A stretch of DNA of 63,537 nucleotides, filler included. It is 6 parts of 6 records of this genome, joined end to end, with 100 filler letters (N's around TTAATTAATTAA, not from the genome) between each part and the next. Parts side by side here need not be neighbours in the genome. Positions count along the whole stretch, not along the records: positions 55,565 to 63,537 come from SRR31156797_11133; 5 more parts are not named here. The stretch is one strand, 5' to 3'. The first letter of the stretch is position 1, and each line of letters starts with the position of its first letter. The notes under the pieces are model-generated. The model was given only the letters and a program-made list of their open reading frames with translations. It made no database searches and was not told where the DNA came from. Positions 58,137-63,537 of this stretch are shown here, piece after piece. Both the position numbers and the translations under genes were made by a program.

Positions 58137-59276
58137 ATGGATCGTAACGCCCTTGGGCTCGTAACCCCTTCCATTTATCGATTCGGCAGCCGGGAAGGTC
58201 CCATGATGTTGGACTCGGGGCATACCCTCGGCCCTGTGGAGATCGCCTATGAATCCTATGGAGAACCCAACGAAGACCGCTCTAATGCCATTCTCGTGTG
58301 TCATGCGCTTTCAGGTGATCATCACGCGGCCGGTGTACATGATCTCCACGACCGTTACACCGGCTGGTGGGATGGCATGATCGGACCGGGCAAGGCCTTT
58401 GACACGGACCGATACTGGGTGATCTGCACGAACGTAATCGGCGGCTGCAAAGGTTCCACAGGGCCGGGCAGTATCAATCCGGAGACCGGGGAGCCTTACG
58501 GTCTGGACTTTCCCGTTATCACCATCGGTGACATGGTAACCGCTCAAAGACATCTGATGGATCATCTGCAGATCGAAAGGTTGTATTGCGTGGCAGGCGG
58601 CTCCATGGGCGGCTTTCAGGTACTGGAATGGAGCCTCCGGTACCCCGAAAGAGTAAGGTCCGCCATCTGCCTTGCATCAGGGGCTCGTCTCTCCACCCAG
58701 GCCATCGCTTTCAACGCCGTTGGCCGAAGCGCCATCACCCAGGACGTTAAATGGCAGGACGGGAAATACACCGCTGAATCCGGACCTGAGAAAGGACTGG
58801 CCATTGCCCGGATGGTCGGCCATATCACCTATCTTTCAGAGTTGCTGCTGGACAAAAAGTTCGGCAGACGGCTGCAGTCCGGAAACAGGCTCGGTTACAA
58901 TTTTACCAAGGAGTTCGCCATCGAATCCTATCTGGACCACAAGGGCAGCACCTTTACCAAACGCTTCGATGCCAACAGCTACCTCTATATCACGAAAGCG
59001 ATGGATTACTTCGACATCTCCCGCAGCTACGGCCCCTTGAAAAGTGCTTTTGCCGTGACCGCAGCCCGTTATCTATTCGTCTCCTACTCGTCGGATTGGC
59101 TGTTTCCCACATCCCAAAGCAAGGAAATCGTGCGGGCGCTGCTCTCCTGCGGCAAACCGGTCTCTTTCATCGATATCGACTCACCTTACGGGCATGATGC
59201 GTTTTTACTTGAAGAAGAGAAGATGACCCGCATCATCGAAGGCTTTCTCAGCGGTGTGAACAAGGAGGTCGCATGA
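58137..59276 (+). CDS. metX: Homoserine O-acetyltransferase
   Basis: CHALSGD, GGSMGG, FDANSY, GHDAFL. Confidence 0.95.
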   Translation: MDRNALGLVTPSIYRFGSREGPMMLDSGHTLGPVEIAYESYGEPNEDRSNAILVCHALSGDHHAAGVHDLHDRYTGWWDGMIGPGKAFDTDRYWVICTNVIGGCKGSTGPGSINPETGEPYGLDFPVITIGDMVTAQRHLMDHLQIERLYCVAGGSMGGFQVLEWSLRYPERVRSAICLASGARLSTQAIAFNAVGRSAITQDVKWQDGKYTAESGPEKGLAIARMVGHITYLSELLLDKKFGRRLQSGNRLGYNFTKEFAIESYLDHKGSTFTKRFDANSYLYITKAMDYFDISRSYGPLKSAFAVTAARYLFVSYSSDWLFPTSQSKEIVRALLSCGKPVSFIDIDSPYGHDAFLLEEEKMTRIIEGFLSGVNKEVA

Positions 59277-59893
59277 ACACGCAGTATGTGGACCGCCTCA
59301 GCCGGACCGACCGGGATTTGATCCTCACCCTGGTTCCGGAAGGGGCAAATGTTCTGGATCTTGGCTGCGGCGACTGCAGCCTGCTCAACGAGTTGGTGAT
59401 AAAAAAGGGAATTCGAGGCACCGGACTGGACATCGACGGAATGCAACTGGTGAACGGCCTTGCTTCCGGCCTGAATGTCTACCAAGGAGACCTGGACGAA
59501 GGGCTTTCGGATTTTCCCGATGCGGCGTATGACTATGTGATTCTTAACCAGACGCTTCAGGTGGTAAAAAATCCGCCCATGGTCATCGACGAGATGCTTC
59601 GCATCGGTCGGCATGGAATTGTCGGCTTCCCCAATTTTTCCCAATGGAAACTGAGAAAGGGGCTTTTTTTCGGAGGCAGGGCACCCAAATCCCCGGCACT
59701 GCCGTTTGAATGGTACAACACGCCGAACATCCGCGTGCTTTCCATCGTGGATTTCTTCGATTTTTGCCGAAGCAGGGGAATCACCATCGAAAAGCAGCGA
59801 TACCTCATTGGCGGCCGCTGGGTCGGTTCCGCCATCTGGCGGTGGACAACCAACCTGATGGCGCACATCGGCCTTTTTGTCATTACGCGCTAA
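59273..59893 (+). CDS. metW: Methionine biosynthesis protein MetW
   Basis: VLDLGCGD, FPNF, WYNTPNIR; overlaps the metX stop. Confidence 0.92.
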   Translation: MNTQYVDRLSRTDRDLILTLVPEGANVLDLGCGDCSLLNELVIKKGIRGTGLDIDGMQLVNGLASGLNVYQGDLDEGLSDFPDAAYDYVILNQTLQVVKNPPMVIDEMLRIGRHGIVGFPNFSQWKLRKGLFFGGRAPKSPALPFEWYNTPNIRVLSIVDFFDFCRSRGITIEKQRYLIGGRWVGSAIWRWTTNLMAHIGLFVITR

Positions 59894-59922
59894 AAAAAAT
59901 GTGCGATTAAACGGCTTGATCG

Positions 59923-60174
59923 TTAGGAGACCCTCTTGATCAATCGTTTCAAGGCGCCGGTAATCTTTTTCGCCGGCCAGGCAGATATGGACCAGCCAAT
60001 GGCCATGATCATCACCCACACCATGGTTTGTCCGCCCTGGCCCAGATCCCGCCCCTGGGTCACCATGGGGCCGAGAATAACGGCAAAGAGAAAACCGGCT
60101 GCAATTCGCCAGGTATCATCTGAGAAAAGAAGATAAAAAAACAGGTAAGATATGGAAAAAGGCCGCTTGCTCAT
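59923..60174 (-). CDS. Small membrane protein
   Basis: Likely start MSKRPF after GGGG; two to three hydrophobic segments. Confidence 0.55.
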   Translation of the reverse strand: MSKRPFSISYLFFYLLFSDDTWRIAAGFLFAVILGPMVTQGRDLGQGGQTMVWVMIMAIGWSISAWPAKKITGALKRLIKRVS

Positions 60175-60206
60175 CTCTGCCCCCTGATATCGAAATTCTA
60201 AGAACA

Positions 60207-60331
60207 ACGGTTTCGTAAACCGGCGCGGGCCGGGCACGGAGTGAAGCGTTGGCGCCATCCAGTATGTTCAAACTGCTTTGGATGCCGGATCAAACCCGGC
60301 ATGACGCTCCCGCTGCTTTTTTCGAAACCAT
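60207..60331. repeat. Degenerate REP/MITE-like palindromic element
   Basis: Ends ACGGTTTCGTAAA / TTTTCGAAACCAT; internal ATGCCGG-ATCAAAC-CCGGCAT hairpin. Confidence 0.55.
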
Positions 60332-60405
60332 AAAAAATTCGGTCTTTGAATAAAGGGTTTTCACGAAACGGTCAAGTCCCTCATTGTATCCGCACGACAC
60401 CTCAT

Positions 60406-61857
60406 CTAATTTTTGAATGATTGCAACAGCGCCACCATCAGCTTCCATATGTTTTCAACCGATGGGACATGGAGTCTTTCCGACGGCGAGTGCGGGTTTT
60501 CCAAGGTGGGGCCCAAAGAGATCATATCCATCCCCGGACAAAGGTTGCCGATAACACCGCACTCCAAACCGGCATGCATGATTTGGATTTCAGGGTCCTT
60601 ATCGAAAAGTTTCTTATAAAGCTTCGTACATTGTGCAAGGATCACGGAGTTCCGATCCATCGGCCAGGGGGGATACCCTTTGCCGGTAACGACCGAAGCG
60701 CCGGCAAGACGGCCTGCCGCTTCGACGCCAAGACACGCTGCGTCTAATCTGGATGGCGAGGAACTGCGTTGGCTCGTCGTCACCGTCAATTCACCGTCTG
60801 CCAGTTCCACCATCGCCAGGTTGACCGAAGTCCTTACCGTCTGCGAGAACTCGCGTTCCATCTCGATAGGCCCGCTCGGTAGTGCCAACAAAAGGTTCAC
60901 CGACATTGCCGTATCGGATAGAGAGACACAGGTTTCGGCTTGCTGTGTCCATCTATTTTTCTCAATTTGAATGGTGAGTCCTGGATCCGTAAGGGCTGCC
61001 TCTTTTTGAACGGTATCGGCCATGGTCCTTAGCGCTGCCAGTAATTCCCCCGCCTTATCAGCAGCAATGGCCACTGTTGACTTGGCGGCCCGGGGAATCA
61101 CATTTCTTCCCGTACCGCCCTTCAATGCCACCAGACGAAATGGAGCGGCCTCCATTCCTGCAGCCAACACGCGGGCCATCACTTTGTTTGCATTGGCCCT
61201 GTGTTTGGAGATATCGACCCCACTGTGCCCCCCTTTCATCCCTTGGGCAACAATATCAATGCAGATATCTTCATTGGTAAGACCACGATGCGCCAACGGC
61301 CGGCGAAGGATCGTATCCTTACCTCCGGCACATCCCACCACGAAAGCCCCTTCATCCTCGGAATCCAGGTTGATGAGAATTGTTCCCGACAGTAGTGATG
61401 GGTCCATCTCCTTTACACCGTTGAGTCCCGTTTCCTCGTCTACAGTAAACAACAGCTCCAGTTGAGGATGGCGCAACTGCCTGGCTTCCACCAATGCAAG
61501 TCCAATGGCAATGGCGATCCCGTTATCCGCCCCCAGCGTCGTCTCACGGGCGGAAAGCCATTCTCCCTTTCGAACGAATTGGATGGGGTCCTTTGAGAAA
61601 TCGTGACTGGAACCGTCCCGTTTTTCACAAACCATGTCCATGTGGCCTTGGAGAACAACGGTAGGTGCCGTTTCCATCCCTGGTGAAGCCGGAACCTGAA
61701 TAACCAGATTTCCAACGGTATCCGACTTGACGGGAAGCCCTCTGTTTTCCGCCCACTGGCAAAGCCAGTTTGAAATTTTCTCTTCTTTTTTCGAACACCT
61801 GGGGATACGGCTAATCTCTTGAAAAATATCAATGACGTTCTGCGTTGCCTTGTCCAT
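60406..61857 (-). CDS. pepD: Aminoacyl-histidine dipeptidase (M20)
   Basis: LQGHMDMV, LGADNGI, DEETG, NLDSE, GGHSG, HAGLECG, HSPSE. Confidence 0.95.
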   Translation of the reverse strand: MDKATQNVIDIFQEISRIPRCSKKEEKISNWLCQWAENRGLPVKSDTVGNLVIQVPASPGMETAPTVVLQGHMDMVCEKRDGSSHDFSKDPIQFVRKGEWLSARETTLGADNGIAIAIGLALVEARQLRHPQLELLFTVDEETGLNGVKEMDPSLLSGTILINLDSEDEGAFVVGCAGGKDTILRRPLAHRGLTNEDICIDIVAQGMKGGHSGVDISKHRANANKVMARVLAAGMEAAPFRLVALKGGTGRNVIPRAAKSTVAIAADKAGELLAALRTMADTVQKEAALTDPGLTIQIEKNRWTQQAETCVSLSDTAMSVNLLLALPSGPIEMEREFSQTVRTSVNLAMVELADGELTVTTSQRSSSPSRLDAACLGVEAAGRLAGASVVTGKGYPPWPMDRNSVILAQCTKLYKKLFDKDPEIQIMHAGLECGVIGNLCPGMDMISLGPTLENPHSPSERLHVPSVENIWKLMVALLQSFKN

Positions 61858-62155
61858 AAACGGGTCTCCTTGGATGCAACCGGCTGAATTGGAAAAAAGG
61901 GGGGTTCAGATTTGACACAAACGAGCGATAAACGAAATAGGCGGCGCGGATTGAGACAGGCGCCCGGACATATCAAAGGCGCGGTATGAAAAATAAGCTT
62001 CTGTTAATCATCATAATCCTATTTTTTCTATCCTGGAGAAAAGCATCGGACAGTTTTCTTCTTTTTTGTACACTGTTCGCAGCCGGCCTTTGGATTTGCA
62101 ATTTCATTTATCAAATGGAAAACCGGCAGCCGGAAATTGAAGAAAATGAATAAGC

Positions 62156-62956
62156 TCAATTCCGTTTATCCAGGCATCCGATGATTCCCTCACGGTTGCC
62201 CGGGACCGTAATCATTAGATGTTCCTGGATCCGCTCTCCATTGAGGTAATCGTTCAGATAAAACTTCTCGCCACTGGCGGTATACAAGCGACCGCCGGCA
62301 GCTTCGACAATCATTCGGGTAGCTGCAAGGTCCTGAAACGATTCATTGGCTGTTATCGCTGCATCCGCTCGTCCCATGGCAACATAACACAAATGGGCGC
62401 CTGTACATCCGAGGTTCCTGACTTTTCCGGGAAATCGGGATAAATAATGCTGGTGAAACCGAGAAAAAGTAAAAATCAAACTTTCATCATCAATCGTTCG
62501 ATCATCCGTCATTTCAATCCGCTTTTCACCCCAAAAAGCCTTGCCGCCTGCCCGCGCATGAAACAGATCGCCCGTGGCCGGCATATAGAATGCACCGAAC
62601 ACCGGCCAAAAATTCTCCAATAGGGCCAGAGACATGCCCCAAATTGGAATACCGGCCTGGAAATTATCCACGCCGTCAATCGGATCAAAAATCCACAAGT
62701 AGCGTCGGCTATCGTGGGTGTATGCCGTGTCCAACGCTTTGCTTGTAAATGTCAGGTGATCCGGATAATTGAGATCGACTGCCTTCTTAAAGCATTGTGT
62801 GATTTGCAGTTCTGCACGGGTGACCAACCCTTCGTCAAACTTGGCTGCCCCGTGGCCTTTGCCGTAGTTTTCCATCGCCACACGGCCTGCACTACCGATT
62901 GCATCAATGGCAAAATCCGTTAAAGCTTCGATTCCATGGGAAGGCAACTGAGTCAT
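62156..62956 (-). CDS. Inositol monophosphatase-family protein
   Basis: WIFDPIDGVDNF and QDLAA motifs. Confidence 0.85.
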   Translation of the reverse strand: MTQLPSHGIEALTDFAIDAIGSAGRVAMENYGKGHGAAKFDEGLVTRAELQITQCFKKAVDLNYPDHLTFTSKALDTAYTHDSRRYLWIFDPIDGVDNFQAGIPIWGMSLALLENFWPVFGAFYMPATGDLFHARAGGKAFWGEKRIEMTDDRTIDDESLIFTFSRFHQHYLSRFPGKVRNLGCTGAHLCYVAMGRADAAITANESFQDLAATRMIVEAAGGRLYTASGEKFYLNDYLNGERIQEHLMITVPGNREGIIGCLDKRN

Positions 62957-63119
62957 ATCCTCTCCTGATTCCATTAGATCCATCGTTTATAAAAACAACA
63001 GCCGGCTGGTTTGCCGGCTGAATAAAATCGTAAAATTCAGGCTGTTGAAGATGACGTTGGCAGGAGCAACGGGTCAGAAAACCCTTCAATCAACTGCACC
63101 GTAGCAAGAGGAAAATCGG

Positions 63120-63302
63120 TCATTTCTTGGTTGATGAATAGCCATCTGCATACCATCCGCCACCTTTAAGTTCAAAGGTACAGGTAGAAAGAATCTTCTT
63201 GGCTACTTTATGGCACTTTGGGCACTCAACGGTTTTGGTATCCATCGGTACCAACTCCTCGGTGACACAACCGCATTTGCATTCGAACTCATAGACCGGC
63301 AT
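63120..63302 (-). CDS. FmdB-family zinc-ribbon protein
   Basis: MPVYEFEC.CG...CPKC...FELKGGGWY. Confidence 0.88.
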   Translation of the reverse strand: MPVYEFECKCGCVTEELVPMDTKTVECPKCHKVAKKILSTCTFELKGGGWYADGYSSTKK

Positions 63303-63407
63303 ACCGTATTCCTTTCAATCCCCTGAAAATTCTATTTTATCTATAGTATAAGATCGTTCTTCATGGTTGGGCACCAATCTAATTCTGTTTTTCAAAACTG
63401 TCAAGCA

Positions 63408-63537
63408 TTGATGAATTTGTAAAAAGTCGGATTTCGGACGGGTTCGTAAAAAGCCCGAGATCAAGGCGTGCGAATCCTGTGGGATGAGGCGTACTTACAG
63501 TACACCGCAGTGACGACGGATGAAGCGGTTTACAGAT
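63408..63537. repeat. Dispersed intergenic repeat, truncated by window end
   Basis: Nested ends TTGATGAATTTGTAAAAAGTC and GACGGGTTCGTAAAAAGCCC resemble the end of the 60207 element; non-coding. Confidence 0.5.

Overview
This window is not one locus. It is six unrelated contigs joined by 100-nt N-spacers, each carrying TTAATTAATTAA (7112-7211, 19758-19857, 36292-36391, 43997-44096, 55465-55564). Taxon labels are inferred from gene content and composition. (1) 1-7111, AT-rich, Campylobacterota-like: a compact type III-A CRISPR-Cas operon (cas6-cas10-csm2-3-4-5) between two arrays. Cas10 lacks the HD nuclease domain but keeps the GGDD cyclase motif, the only accessory gene is a 158-aa membrane protein resembling Csx23, and a ~75-bp palindromic element splits the leader-proximal repeat. 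(2) 7212-19757, Bacteroidota-like housekeeping genes (tRNA-Leu fragment, nadB, glycine-tRNA ligase, S9 peptidase, TadA-like deaminase). (3) 19858-36291, Methanosarcinaceae-like: xth, PerR-Prx-DpsL, topA, beta-CASP nuclease, mobA, rio2, larBC and two copies of a MITE-like element. (4) 36392-43996, Desulfobacterota-like: atypical CheB, a sigma54 activator, and an oxidoreductase-cooF-cooS operon with a C-X2-C D-cluster motif. (5) 44097-55464, Arcobacter-like: a Cus-type RND metal efflux operon, two OmpR/histidine kinase pairs, and a yceI-linked RiPP cluster (CGAGKCG-repeat precursor, DUF692/MNIO enzyme, partner protein). (6) 55565-63537, Desulfobacterales-like: dnaE fragment, SAM-I riboswitch-metY-metX-metW, pepD, an inositol monophosphatase and an FmdB-like protein. 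The best candidates for new biology are the HD-less type III-A system with a membrane effector and the copper-efflux-linked MNIO RiPP cluster.
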